Below are positions 39,454 to 49,308 of a DNA stretch of 64,000 bases, piece after piece; the first letter of the stretch is position 1; each line of letters opens with the position of its first letter. The position numbers were made by a program, and so were the translations under genes. The notes below the pieces were generated by a model. The model did no database searches, was not told the DNA's origin, and saw only the letters and a list, made by a program, of their open reading frames with translations. The stretch comes from an uncultured Chloroflexia bacterium (GTDB lineage Bacteria > Chloroflexota > Anaerolineae > Anaerolineales > Villigracilaceae), in the NCBI GenBank assembly GCA_963829615.1, contig CAWHJM010000006.1, forward strand, positions 125,151-189,150, given 5' to 3'.

Positions 39454-40891
39454 TCAACAACCTTCACGTTTGCGCCTCCGGCCAAGCGAACATCGCATGC
39501 TTTTATTTGTGGGTGATTTACTGATGTCGGTCTCTTCAGTATTTGCCGCTATCTTTACCTTTCAGGAGTACCGGCGTTACCAGTTTGTGGCGGATGGGCT
39601 TAAGCCAAAGGTCATTGAGCAGTTGATGCAGAATAACCTCATCCCATTCTGGTTTTATCTGCTGCCATTGGCCTGGTTTTTGTTAATGATTGAATTGTAC
39701 GAGCCGCACACAGCCGCTAACTGGCGCAAGACTGTACGAGGGATAGCGATTGCTGCGTTTGTGGGGCTTGTAATTTATTCGCTGGTTTTTATCATCCGGG
39801 CCGATCCAAATTCTTTGCCGCGTATTGGCGTTGGCGCTTTCCTGCTTTATGCATCTTTGCTGACATTGCTCTGGCGCTCGCTTTATATCCGTTTTTATAC
39901 ATCTTCCGGATTGCTCCGTCATTATTTGGTAGTTGGTGCTGGAAAGGCCGGTCATACTTTTGCAGAAGTTTATCAAGCTCAAAAACCGCCTCCTTTTAAT
40001 TTAGTGGGTTTTGTAGATGATGATCCCCAAAAATTAGGCAAATCTGTTTTTGGTTTTCCTGTCATCAGTCAAAGCTTTGAATTGTTGGATATTATCGAAA
40101 CTTATAAAATAACCGATATAGTGGTTGCGGTCAGTGGTGAGATACAGGGTACAACCTTTCAAACCATATTGGATGCCCAGGAACAGGGCGTTGAAGTGAC
40201 GCGTATGCCTACCCTTTATGAGGAGATGACCGGGCGTGTTCCTATTCACCATCTTGAATCGGACTGGATTATTCGATCTTTCACCGATCAGGCGCGCGTC
40301 AGCGGGATGTATTTACTCGTAAAGCGTTTGCTGGATTTCATAGGTGGTTTAGCCGGTCTGCTGATTTTCTTTATCTTGTTCCCTTTTGCGGGGTTGGCAA
40401 TTCTTATCGATAGCGGGTTGCCGATTTTTTACTCTCAACCGCGTCTGGGGCAGGGTGGAAAGCGATTTAAGATTTACAAGTACCGGACGATGCGCCAGGA
40501 TGCAGAAGCAGATGGAAAGGTACGTCCTACAGAAGAGAATGATCCGCGTGTAACACGAATCGGTAATTTTTTACGAGTAACCCACATGGACGAACTACCG
40601 CAATTTTGGAATGTTCTGCGGGGGGAGATGAGCCTGGTTGGACCACGCGCTGAGCGCCCTGAATTGGTGCAAGCATTTCAGAAACAAGTTCCCTTTTATC
40701 GTGCCCGTCTACTTGCAAAGCCGGGTTTGACCGGATGGGCCCAGATTAATTATGGGTATGTCGCAACAGTGCGAGATACCGAAGTTAAGATTGAGTATGA
40801 TTTGTATTACATCAAACATCGTAGTTTAGTCATGGATCTAAATATTATTTTACGGACTATCAGTACAGTTCTAAGCCGGAGTGGAAGATAA
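39446..40891 (+). CDS. Polyprenyl-phosphate sugar phosphotransferase (bacterial sugar transferase, WbaP/EpsB-like)
   Basis: The C-terminal '[25 protein letters not shown]' core is present, with N-terminal TM helices and a CoA-binding-like domain. ATG 39446 overlaps the GT2 stop. Confidence 0.85.
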   Translation: MANQQPSRLRLRPSEHRMLLFVGDLLMSVSSVFAAIFTFQEYRRYQFVADGLKPKVIEQLMQNNLIPFWFYLLPLAWFLLMIELYEPHTAANWRKTVRGIAIAAFVGLVIYSLVFIIRADPNSLPRIGVGAFLLYASLLTLLWRSLYIRFYTSSGLLRHYLVVGAGKAGHTFAEVYQAQKPPPFNLVGFVDDDPQKLGKSVFGFPVISQSFELLDIIETYKITDIVVAVSGEIQGTTFQTILDAQEQGVEVTRMPTLYEEMTGRVPIHHLESDWIIRSFTDQARVSGMYLLVKRLLDFIGGLAGLLIFFILFPFAGLAILIDSGLPIFYSQPRLGQGGKRFKIYKYRTMRQDAEADGKVRPTEENDPRVTRIGNFLRVTHMDELPQFWNVLRGEMSLVGPRAERPELVQAFQKQVPFYRARLLAKPGLTGWAQINYGYVATVRDTEVKIEYDLYYIKHRSLVMDLNIILRTISTVLSRSGR

Positions 40892-41832
40892 TGAGATATT
40901 TGGTTACCGGCGGCGCCGGATTTATTGGCTCTCACATTGTTCGTACCTTGCTTGAGCAGGGCGCGAATGTGCGTGTCCTCGATAATTTCTCAACTGGTAA
41001 ACGGGAGAACCTGGCAGGCCTGACGGAGTTGTTTGGCGGTGGCAGGTTTGAGGTCCATGAAGGAGACTTGCGGGAGCCTGCCTTCGTACGGACTGCTGTT
41101 CGGGGTGTTGATGTGGTTTTCCATGAAGCAGCCTTCGTCTCTGTCCCTGAATCCATGGAAAAACCACAGGACTGTTTTGATGTCAATGTAGCTGCTACAG
41201 CAGGTTTGTTCGATGCAGCACGGGAAGCCGGGGTGAAGCGGGTCGTCATCGCATCGAGCGCAGCAGTATATGGGGAGTCAGATGCATTGCCGCTGAAAGA
41301 GACCACCCCCACGCAATCTCTTTCGCCTTATGCCGCCTCCAAGCGGGTGGATGAGATTTATGCCCAGTTGTATACGCAAGCTTTTGGGTTGGATGTGGTG
41401 GCATTGCGTTATTTCAATGTCTATGGTCCGCGCCAACGACCGGATTCGATGTATGCTGCTGCTGTTCCGATATTTGTGCGGCGTCTGCTGGATGGCAAGC
41501 CCATAACGATTTTTGGTGATGGCGGTCAGACACGGGATTTGATCAATGTGCGCGATGTAGTGCGCGCCAATCTGGTAGCTTCAGAGCATCCTAACGCTCC
41601 CGGGCAGGTCTTCAATGTTTGTACGGGGCAAGAGATGCGTTTGTTGGATTTGCTGGAAGTGTTGTATGATTTGTTCCCGGGTGCTCCTGAAGCGGTCTTT
41701 GCTGAACCACGCGCAGGTGATATTTATCGGTCGGTGGGCAGCCCGGAATTTACTGCGCGGACAATAGGGTTTCAGGCCGAAGTACCCCTCGATGAGGGGC
41801 TAAAGGAGACGGTTGCATGGATGCAGGCGTAA
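40891..41832 (+). CDS. NAD-dependent nucleotide-sugar epimerase (extended SDR; UDP-Glc/GlcNAc 4-epimerase-like)
   Basis: 'VTGGAGFIGSH', 'YAASK' and 'RYFNVYGPRQ' are present. Confidence 0.85.
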   Translation: MRYLVTGGAGFIGSHIVRTLLEQGANVRVLDNFSTGKRENLAGLTELFGGGRFEVHEGDLREPAFVRTAVRGVDVVFHEAAFVSVPESMEKPQDCFDVNVAATAGLFDAAREAGVKRVVIASSAAVYGESDALPLKETTPTQSLSPYAASKRVDEIYAQLYTQAFGLDVVALRYFNVYGPRQRPDSMYAAAVPIFVRRLLDGKPITIFGDGGQTRDLINVRDVVRANLVASEHPNAPGQVFNVCTGQEMRLLDLLEVLYDLFPGAPEAVFAEPRAGDIYRSVGSPEFTARTIGFQAEVPLDEGLKETVAWMQA

Positions 41833-43715
41833 AGCCGCGCCCGCGTATCAATATCCGTAACCGTTATGTGCTCCTGGGGGATTTAGCGCTTATCCTTATC
41901 TCTGTGATGGGAAGTTTTGCGTTACGTTTCGACGCGGAACAGTTGCCGTTTTATTTCCCGGCGATTGTCATCATGATGGGCGTAGCTTTGTTGACCAAAG
42001 TGCCGGTCTATTTTGCCTTTGGACTGTATCGCCGTTTATGGGTCTATGCCAGCACAAGCGAATTGCGATTGATTACCATCGCGGTTACGGCTGCCTCTGT
42101 TGTGACATCCGGCGTTATGCTATTGTTGCTCAGCTTTGGTTGGATCGTTCCCGGTATGCCCCGTTCCGCGTTGGGCATTGACTGGTTACTCTCGCTGGTT
42201 CTGATTGGCGGCTCTCGTTTTGCATTGCGTATTTTATCTGAGCAATCCACATCTACTCGTAACGGAAAGAGAAATAAGGCTCTTATTATCGGCGCGGGTG
42301 ATGCCGGTGCTTTGGTGGTGCGCGAGCTTCAAAAGTCTTCCCAGATCAATTTGTTGCCAATTGGTTTTTTAGACGACGATCCGGCCAAGCAAAAGCATGA
42401 AATTTATGGCGTGTCTGTCATAGGCAAAATATCAGACCTTTCCTTTGTGCTTGATAACCGGCAAGTGGACGAAGTCATCATCGCAATCCCTTCTGCGCCA
42501 GGAAAAATTTTACGCTCGGTGACGGATGTTTGCCGACTGAAAGGCATCCCCTCGCGGACGATGCCGGGCATCTATGAATTGATTGGCGGCAAGGTCAGCG
42601 TCAGCCGCTTGCGTGAGGTTGACATCACTGACCTGTTACGCCGCGAGCCTGCGATGATTGACGACAGGCTGGTCGGTTCCAGCTTGAGCGGGAAACGCGT
42701 TTTGATTACCGGTGCGGGCGGCTCGATCGGCCGCGAAATTTCTCGCCAGGTGGCGCGTTGGGGACCCGCCGAACTGGTCTTGTTAGGACATGGTGAGAAC
42801 AGCATCTTCGAAGCCCTGCTAGAGTTGCAGGAAGATTATGGTAGCCTTTCGATCCACCCGGTGATTGCGGATGTGCGTGATTCATTTCGCTTGAATTCAA
42901 TATTCCAGGCTCACTCTCCGGAAGTCGTATTCCATGCTGCGGCACACAAACATGTCCCGCTGATGGAATATAACGTCGAGGAAGCGATTACAAATAATGT
43001 TGTTGGAACGCGTAATGTTGTGCAGGTTTCAATCAATACTGGCGTTGAACGCTTCGTCTTGATTTCGACGGATAAAGCTGTCAAGCCGATCAACGTTTAT
43101 GGTGCGACCAAACGCCTGGCTGAGATGATGGTCATCGACGCGGCCCAGCGCACCGGTCGTGCCTTTACGGTGGTTCGCTTTGGCAATGTGTTGGGCAGCC
43201 GTGGTTCGGTTGTGCCGCTCTTCAAATCCCAGATCGCGCGCGGGGGGCCGGTGCTGGTCACGCATCCGGATATGGAACGTTACTTCATGACCATCCCGGA
43301 AGCCGTTCACCTTGTCTTGCAGGCCTCGGCCATGGGGCAGGGCGGCGAGGCCTTTATCCTGAACATGGGCGAGCAGGTGCGTATCCTGGAACTGGCCGAA
43401 GACCTGATTCGCCTGTCAGGGCTGGAACCAGGGCGCGATATTGAAATCGCGTTCACGGGTATCCGCCCCGGCGAAAAGTTGAGCGAAGACCTGTGGGAGC
43501 AGGGCACGAATTTCCAGCCCACGGCGCACTCCGAAATTTTCCGTTCCAAGGAAGATGAAGAAGTGGACAGTCAACGGCTTACTGCTGCGATTGAGCAGCT
43601 TGAGCGCCTTGCCCGCCAGGGCGAAGTTGAGACCATTATCCGCGTGCTGGACGAAGTCATCCCTAGCGCTGCCGTCCGTTCAACCCCGCCGCCTGATATA
43701 ACTTCTATTGTCTAG
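41817..43715 (+). CDS. Membrane-bound nucleotide-sugar 4,6-dehydratase (CapD/PglF/WbpM family, Polysacc_synt_2)
   Basis: It has four N-terminal TM helices. 'VLITGAGGSIGREI', 'FVLISTDKAVKPINVYGATKRLAE' and 'RFGNVLGSRGSV' are present. Confidence 0.85.
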   Translation: MDAGVKPRPRINIRNRYVLLGDLALILISVMGSFALRFDAEQLPFYFPAIVIMMGVALLTKVPVYFAFGLYRRLWVYASTSELRLITIAVTAASVVTSGVMLLLLSFGWIVPGMPRSALGIDWLLSLVLIGGSRFALRILSEQSTSTRNGKRNKALIIGAGDAGALVVRELQKSSQINLLPIGFLDDDPAKQKHEIYGVSVIGKISDLSFVLDNRQVDEVIIAIPSAPGKILRSVTDVCRLKGIPSRTMPGIYELIGGKVSVSRLREVDITDLLRREPAMIDDRLVGSSLSGKRVLITGAGGSIGREISRQVARWGPAELVLLGHGENSIFEALLELQEDYGSLSIHPVIADVRDSFRLNSIFQAHSPEVVFHAAAHKHVPLMEYNVEEAITNNVVGTRNVVQVSINTGVERFVLISTDKAVKPINVYGATKRLAEMMVIDAAQRTGRAFTVVRFGNVLGSRGSVVPLFKSQIARGGPVLVTHPDMERYFMTIPEAVHLVLQASAMGQGGEAFILNMGEQVRILELAEDLIRLSGLEPGRDIEIAFTGIRPGEKLSEDLWEQGTNFQPTAHSEIFRSKEDEEVDSQRLTAAIEQLERLARQGEVETIIRVLDEVIPSAAVRSTPPPDITSIV

Positions 43716-43769
43716 CGATGGTCGAGTAGCGACTTGAACTGAGCCTGTCGAAGTTAGCGTATCGAGACC

Positions 43770-44816
43770 ATGCCCGAAGTATCCCTCACTGATTGGAATA
43801 CCTTTCTATCAAACCATCCCGATGCACATCTCCTCCAGACGGGGGAATGGGGCGAGCTGAAATCTGCCTTTGGCTGGGACCCCGTCCGCCTCGTTCTGCC
43901 GTCTCGCACCGGCGTGCCGCCGCTGCGCGCGGCACGAACGGTGGACGATGGGACTGGTGTGCAGATCCTGTTCCGTCGCCTGCCCCTCGGCCTGACTCTG
44001 GCTTACCTGCCGAAGCCAGTCTTTAGCGATCAGGGATCAGCTTTCAGCGGACAGTTTTGGGCGGAGGTAGATGCGATATGCAAACAGCGTCGTGCCGTAT
44101 TTCTCAAGGTGGAGTTTGATGTTTGGGACAATTCCCTTCTCCCTATGGGAGAAGGGTTAGGGATGAGGGTGAGCCCTCATAACATCCAACCTGCTCGTAC
44201 CATCATTGTAAGTTTAAAGTGGACAGAAGACGATGTCCTTGCCCGCATGAAGCAGAAGACGCGCTATAACATCCGCCTGGCCGGAAAGAAAGGCGTGACC
44301 GTTCGTCCCTGGGACGACCTGCCTGCCTTCCATCAAATGATGCTGGTCACCGGCGGAAGAGATGGCTTCGGGGTTCACAGCCTGGAATATTACCAGCGTG
44401 CCTACGAACTTTTCCACCCGACCGGCATGGCCGAATTACTGGTAGCGGAATACGAAGGCAGGCCGCTGGCCGCGTTGATGGTCTTCGCGCATGGACGGCG
44501 CGCCTGGTATGTCTATGGTGCCTCCAACGATCAAGAGCGCAACCGCATGCCGACCTATCTGCTGCAATGGGAGGCCATGCGCTGGGCGCGCTCCAAAGGC
44601 GCCGAAGAATATGATCTGTGGGGCGTTCCTGATGAAGATGAAGGAACCCTCGAAGCCCATTTCACCGAGCGCAGCGATGGCTTATGGGGCGTGTATCGTT
44701 TCAAACGTGGTTTTGGCGGAGAAGTGAAACGTGCCGCGCAGGCGCTGGATAGAGTATATAACCCGTTGCTTTATAAGTTATATCTTTGGCGTATGGCTGG
44801 TCGGGAGGTGGGATAA
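43770..44816 (+). CDS. FemAB-family aminoacyl-tRNA-dependent peptidyltransferase (copy 1)
   Basis: 'HLLQTGEWGELK', 'MKQKTRYNIRLAGKKGVTV', 'YGASNDQERNRMPTYLLQWEAMRWARSKG' and 'GVYRFKRGFGG' are present. Confidence 0.8.
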   Translation: MPEVSLTDWNTFLSNHPDAHLLQTGEWGELKSAFGWDPVRLVLPSRTGVPPLRAARTVDDGTGVQILFRRLPLGLTLAYLPKPVFSDQGSAFSGQFWAEVDAICKQRRAVFLKVEFDVWDNSLLPMGEGLGMRVSPHNIQPARTIIVSLKWTEDDVLARMKQKTRYNIRLAGKKGVTVRPWDDLPAFHQMMLVTGGRDGFGVHSLEYYQRAYELFHPTGMAELLVAEYEGRPLAALMVFAHGRRAWYVYGASNDQERNRMPTYLLQWEAMRWARSKGAEEYDLWGVPDEDEGTLEAHFTERSDGLWGVYRFKRGFGGEVKRAAQALDRVYNPLLYKLYLWRMAGREVG

Positions 44817-45938
44817 TGCAGCCGTTTCGCGGTGATGCCGGTGGATGGAATGACTTGATTGCCAGTTTGCCCGATTCCCATTTGCTACAAACCTGGGAGT
44901 GGTCGCAAGTCAAAGCTAAATATGGTTGGGAACCGCTGCCGTTTGTATGGCACGGTCAATCGTCCACGGTCAATGGTCAGCCTGTGGCCGCTGCGATGGT
45001 GCTCAAACGCCGTATCCCCATCGGCGGCTTTGCGGCGCGCCTGAACATCCTGTATATTCCCAAAGGCCCGCTCATGGATTGGTCGAATGAACCGCTGCGT
45101 GAACGCGTGCTGGATGATCTGCAATCCTTTGCGAAACAACAGGGCGCAATTTTCCTGAAAATCGACCCGGATGTGGCGCTGGGGAGGGGAGTCCCCGGGA
45201 GCGGGGACGCAGTCGAAGATAACGGTGGGCAGGCTGTGATGTCCGCACTGAAGCGACGGGGGTGGAGGTTCTCGTCGGATCAAATCCAATTCCGCAATAC
45301 CGTTATGATTGATTTGTCCCCATCGGAAGATGAAATGCTGGCGCGTATGAAGCAGAAGACGCGCTACAACATCCGTTTGGGGGGCAAAAAGGGTGTCACG
45401 GTGCGCGTAGGTCAGTAAGAATGATTTGCCTATGCTGTACAAGATGTATGCCGAGACATCAGTGCGGGATGGGTTTGTTATCCGCGATGAAGACTATTAT
45501 CAAACTGTTTGGCAGGCCTTTATGGAGTCTCAATCGCCCACCTGTGAGCCTTTGATCGCCGAAGTAGATGGGGAACCGGTAGCGGCGATTTTCGTCTTTT
45601 ATTTTGCCGGACGTGCTTATTACATCTATGGCATGTCACGTGAAGCCCACCGCGAGAAGATGCCGAATTACCTGCTGCAATGGGAGGCCATGCGGCGCGC
45701 TAAAGCGGTGGGATGCAGCCTTTACGATTTGTGGGGTGCGCCGGATGAGTTCAACGAAAACAACTCGATGTGGGGCGTGTTCCGCTTCAAGGAAGGCCTG
45801 GGTGGCCAAGTGGTGCGCACGCTCGGCGCCTGGGACTATACGCCCAGACCGTTCTGGTATAAGCTGTATTCGGAAGTCATCCCGCGCGTGCTGGATGTGA
45901 TGCGCTCGCGTGGCAAGGCAAGACAAAGCAGGCTTTAG
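44816..45938 (+). CDS. FemAB-family peptidyltransferase (copy 2); one +1 frameshift near 45413
   Basis: It has the same motifs as copy 1 ('HLLQTWEWSQVK', 'MKQKTRYNIRLGGKKGVTV', 'YGMSREAHREKMPNYLLQWEAMRRAK', 'GVFRFKEGLGG'). ORFs 44786..45418 and 45426..45938 are colinear. The ATG overlaps the copy 1 stop (TAATG). Confidence 0.8.
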
Positions 45939-45943
45939 AGTAA

Positions 45944-46394
45944 ATCCACGAAGAGCACGAAGCACACGAATTTGGGAGGTTTTAGATGGAATTGATTTTG
46001 AAGGATGAAGTATATGCGATTGTTGGTGCAGCAATAGATGTGCATCGCATACAGGTCCCGGATTTTTGGAGCCTGTTTATCAGGAAGCAATGGAGCTTGA
46101 AGTGACAATGCGGCAATTGCCGTTTGTCTCCCAGCCGACCTTACAAATTCTCTATAAGGAACATACCCTTAAAAAGGGTATATTCCTGATTTCATTTTCT
46201 ATGAAGCAGATCATTGTTGAAATTAAGGCTTGGATAAGTTAAGCGGCAAGGAAGAAGCACAAATATTGAATTATTTGAAAGCAACGGACCATAAGGTGGG
46301 TGTTCTCATTAACTTTGGAAGTCACCCAAAGCTGGAATGGAAGCGCTTTGTCCATTGACTTAAAACCTTAGTGATCTTCGTGTCCTTCGTGGAT
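45944..46394. mobile_element. Inverted-repeat-flanked GxxExxY cassette (IVS-like/selfish element candidate)
   Basis: The left arm is ATCCACGAAGAGCACGAAGCACACGAA (45944-45970). The reverse complement of the right arm (46368-46394) is ATCCACGAAGGACACGAAGATCACTAA. 22 of 27 positions match. The arms bracket only the GxxExxY ORF. Confidence 0.6.
45986..46358 (+). pseudogene. GxxExxY (PD-(D/E)XK, PDDEXK_3) family gene, disrupted at least 3 times
   Basis: The pieces 'MELILKDEVYAIVGAAIDVHR', 'PGFLEPVYQEAMELEVTMRQLPFVSQPTLQILYKEHTLKK', 'IVEIKA' and 'EEAQILNYLKATDHKVGVLINFGSHPKLEWKRFVH*' lie in different frames. Together they cover the whole ~125-aa family. Confidence 0.7.
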
Positions 46395-46400
46395 GAAGGA

Positions 46401-47367
46401 ATGAAATCATGGTACAACGTTGTATTTTGCCCATCTACCAACTCGCGTAGAAGAAATGCCCCGCCTGTCTGAATTCTTGGGCGGTGCACGCCTGCTCATC
46501 AAACGCGATGACCAGACCGGGCTAGCTTTTGGCGGCAATAAAACCCGTAAGCTGGAATTCCTGGTCGCGGAAGCGCAGGCACAGGGAGCGAAGATGTTGA
46601 TCTCGGCCGGCGCGATCCAGTCTAACCACTGCCGGCAGACTGCCGCTGCCGCAGCGCATTTTGGGCTGGACTGTACGCTCGTGTTGACCGGCGATCTGCC
46701 CTCGCAGCCATCTGCCAATTTGCTGCTGGATGAAATGTTCGGTGCGGAGATCGTCAATGTGACCGACCGCGCTGTACGCGACCGTATCTTGCAGGAAACC
46801 TTTGACAAGGCAGTCCAGGCCGGAAAAAAACCCTATCTGGTTCCCTATGGCGGTTCCAGCCCCACAGGTGCGTTGGGCTATGCCTTCGCGGTGGAAGAGT
46901 TGATGAAGCAGGATGTCAAAATAGATTGGATTGTTTTTGGTACATCATCGGGTGGGACACATGCCGGGCTTACCCTCGGTAAACGCGTTTTTGGCTATTC
47001 GGGGAAAGTATTGGGTATCAGTATCGATGAGTCTGAAGCGTGGCTCAAATCGCACGTTTCGGCATTGGCTTCCGATGCGTCGGAATTGCTCGGGGAACGG
47101 ATTGAATTCACTTCCGAGGATGTCATGGCGACGGATGCCTATTGCCAGGCCGGGTATGGCGTGCTGACCGATGCGGAACGTGAAGCTGTGAAATTGTTTG
47201 CCAAATATGAGGGCTTGCTGCTCGACCCGGTCTACACCGGGCGCGCAGCAGCGGGAATGATTGACTTGATTCGTAAGGGATTTTTCAAAAAGGGTGAAAC
47301 TGTCCTGTTCTGGCATACGGGCGGACAACCGGCCTTGTTTGCCGATAAATATTCGTCTTTGCTTTAA
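46401..47367 (+). CDS. PLP-dependent D-cysteine desulfhydrase / ACC deaminase family protein
   Basis: 'LLIKRDDQTGLAFGGNKTRKLEFLVAEAQAQGAKMLISAGAIQSNHCRQTAAAAA' contains the PLP lysine context. The ORF track starts at TTG 46420. ATG 46401, with RBS GAAGGA, would require removing one T from the TTTT run at 46425-28. Confidence 0.8.
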
Positions 47368-47391
47368 GAAAATTTTTCTGGGGTAAAAAAG

Positions 47392-47437
47392 GTGCCCCGC
47401 TCAGGATGAGGGGGGCATCCTAAGCGAGGCACTTTTA
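47392..47437. terminator. Bidirectional stem-loop between convergent genes
   Basis: GTGCC-C-CGCTCAGGATG...CATCCTAAGCG-A-GGCAC is flanked by AAAAAA and TTTTATT. Confidence 0.5.
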
Positions 47438-47477
47438 TTGTTACATATGTTTGATAATTTTTCAAGCACCAATTGTC

Positions 47478-48260
47478 CTATTCGATGCAAGTGCGCATCA
47501 GGGACGTGGAGTCGGCGTAACAACCCTGCAATTCATTTTGCTGTTTGAGCCAATCTAAATACAAACGCGTCAAGGTGACGGGTTGGATGCCACGCTGCGC
47601 TAATTCGGGCAGCGCATCTGCTGTGGTTGCCATATCTTCCGGGCGCGTGTGAAGTAACACAATGTCACCGGGCAGGATTTTCGGTACGGTATAGTTGACT
47701 ACGCTCTCGGTTGGACCGCCCCAGCCAGTGGACCACATGGTGGGCACAAGTCCGCGTTGGGCGCACATATTCAAGAAGGACTGGCTGGTGTTTCCATAGG
47801 GCGGGCGCGCAAAGCGCACTGAAGGCTCGATCTCCAACACTTCGCGCAGTGCATCCAGCCAGCGGTCGTAATCGGCCACCACGTCCTCCGCTGACATCAC
47901 TTCGGGGTTGGTATGATCGAAGGAGTGATAACCGATCTCGTGCCCCTTATCGTAAAAGCGCTTCCAGACCCCCGGGTCCTTGCCCTGGTTGTTGAGCAAT
48001 GCCTCACCAACCGGGAATAACGTAATGCGCACTTCGGGATTCTGGTCCAGGGTATCTTCCAACTTGTGCAGCATGGTGACCAGGTAGCAATCGTCATAAG
48101 TCAAAGCGACCCGGTTGTGGTGTTCGCTGATCCGATAGATGATGGATTGTTCCTGGTACGGGGTTGGGGCTGGTTCGAAAGGCAGGAAAGCAGCGCTCAA
48201 CAAAGACAGACTACCGAGCTTGAGAAAGTCGCGGCGAGAGATGGGAGTCATGGGTTGCAT
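47478..48260 (-). CDS. Polysaccharide deacetylase (NodB/CE4) with Tat signal peptide
   Basis: 'SRRDFLKLG' is a twin-arginine motif. 'LTYDDCY' and 'IGYHSFDH' are NodB motifs. Confidence 0.85.
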   Translation of the reverse strand: MQPMTPISRRDFLKLGSLSLLSAAFLPFEPAPTPYQEQSIIYRISEHHNRVALTYDDCYLVTMLHKLEDTLDQNPEVRITLFPVGEALLNNQGKDPGVWKRFYDKGHEIGYHSFDHTNPEVMSAEDVVADYDRWLDALREVLEIEPSVRFARPPYGNTSQSFLNMCAQRGLVPTMWSTGWGGPTESVVNYTVPKILPGDIVLLHTRPEDMATTADALPELAQRGIQPVTLTRLYLDWLKQQNELQGCYADSTSLMRTCIE

Positions 48261-48590
48261 TTAACCACACTTGCACGTAGCTGAAAAGGACTATTTTTCC
48301 TACGGAGTACTTTACCAAGATTAGGATAATAACATACGGTTTAATGTAAACTGCTGTCTTTTAAAGAGGCAGGAGTAAACCAGATATGCTGAGGATAATC
48401 TTGAAAGACCACACCACTTTTCTAAAGGCATGGGTTCTCTCTTTTCTTCTGAAGAGGAAATCGGTCACGTTGATTGGAAATTAGATAAAACAAAGAGATT
48501 CAGATTAAGCCTGTGAAAGTGCCAGAATGCAATAGACTGCAATAATGTGCGATTTTGAGGGAAGGTAGGGCAGAATTGTTATCCCATGAT

Positions 48591-49136
48591 TCATTTCACC
48601 ACGAAATTCATAGTTCTCATTGGCACATAGATGACCTTGGTTACCTTACCATCGATCAAAAATTATGCGATCCCAAGCTGTGATGCAGGAAGGTGACGAA
48701 TTTGAGTTTCAGTGGTTTGGTGATTGACAGCTACTATGCCCGCAGTTTTCCATTCACCTGAATGGCAATTGTGACCAGTTCCTCCAACTCAAGATCTGGG
48801 TCATAAGCAGGCCACGCAGCGTTGTGAACGATGTTATCATCGGTTGCAAATTTCCAGCAGCTTTCAGCGGCAAATGGTATATATGGTGCTAACATTTGAG
48901 AAAAGAGGCGGAGTTCCTGGTTTGATATCCTCTCATCCTGATCTTCGTTGGATACAACTAAGTCCTAGACTGTATACAGAGTTCCTATCCTTTATGCTAT
49001 GGCGGTGTTGTATTTGAACGATGTCGCGTCATCTGCTACTTCTTTGCCCAGCCGGTTGATTGCAGCCTTGACCTTGACTCCAGTCTCTTGCAGGGATCGG
49101 TTTATTGCCTCGAGAGCCGATTGCGACAAATCCTGG
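48591..49136 (-). pseudogene. leuS: Decayed 3'-terminal fragment of a leucyl-tRNA synthetase gene
   Basis: Minus-strand pieces read 'SFKYNTAIA*', 'MLAPYIPFAAESCWKF...NAAWPAYDPDLELEELVTIAIQVNGKLRA*' and 'DGKVTKVIYVPMRTMNFVVK*'. These match the LeuRS C-terminal pattern (FNTAIA...L.PF.PH..E.W...WP..D......V.QVNGK.RA...KVIYVPGKL.N.VV). They are broken by stops and a shift, and no upstream catalytic part is present. Confidence 0.65.
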
Positions 49137-49308
49137 AAGAAGAGAAGCTACCTAAGAATTTTTAGGCATAAGTCCACCGAACACATGGGGGTTTCAGTCA
49201 CCTTAATCTTGAGCAGGGAATTCCTTCTGGATGTCATATTATGCGGATTATGCCGTCTCGTTTATTGCTTGGATGACTTGTTCTGATTTCAGAATGACCG
49301 CCTCGAAA

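Noticed and set aside
44134-44180. Perfect 10-bp hairpin (CCCTTCTCCC-TAT-GGGAGAAGGG) plus a 7-bp hairpin inside femAB-1, translating to 'LLPMGEGLGMRVSPH', which resembles peptides encoded by palindromic REP-type insertions
   Set aside because: The segment aligns residue by residue with the paralog ('...MSALKRRGWRFSSDQIQF' versus '...PMGEGLGMRVSPHNIQP'), so it is native coding sequence rather than an insertion. One perfect 10-bp stem in 64 kb is not far from chance expectation.
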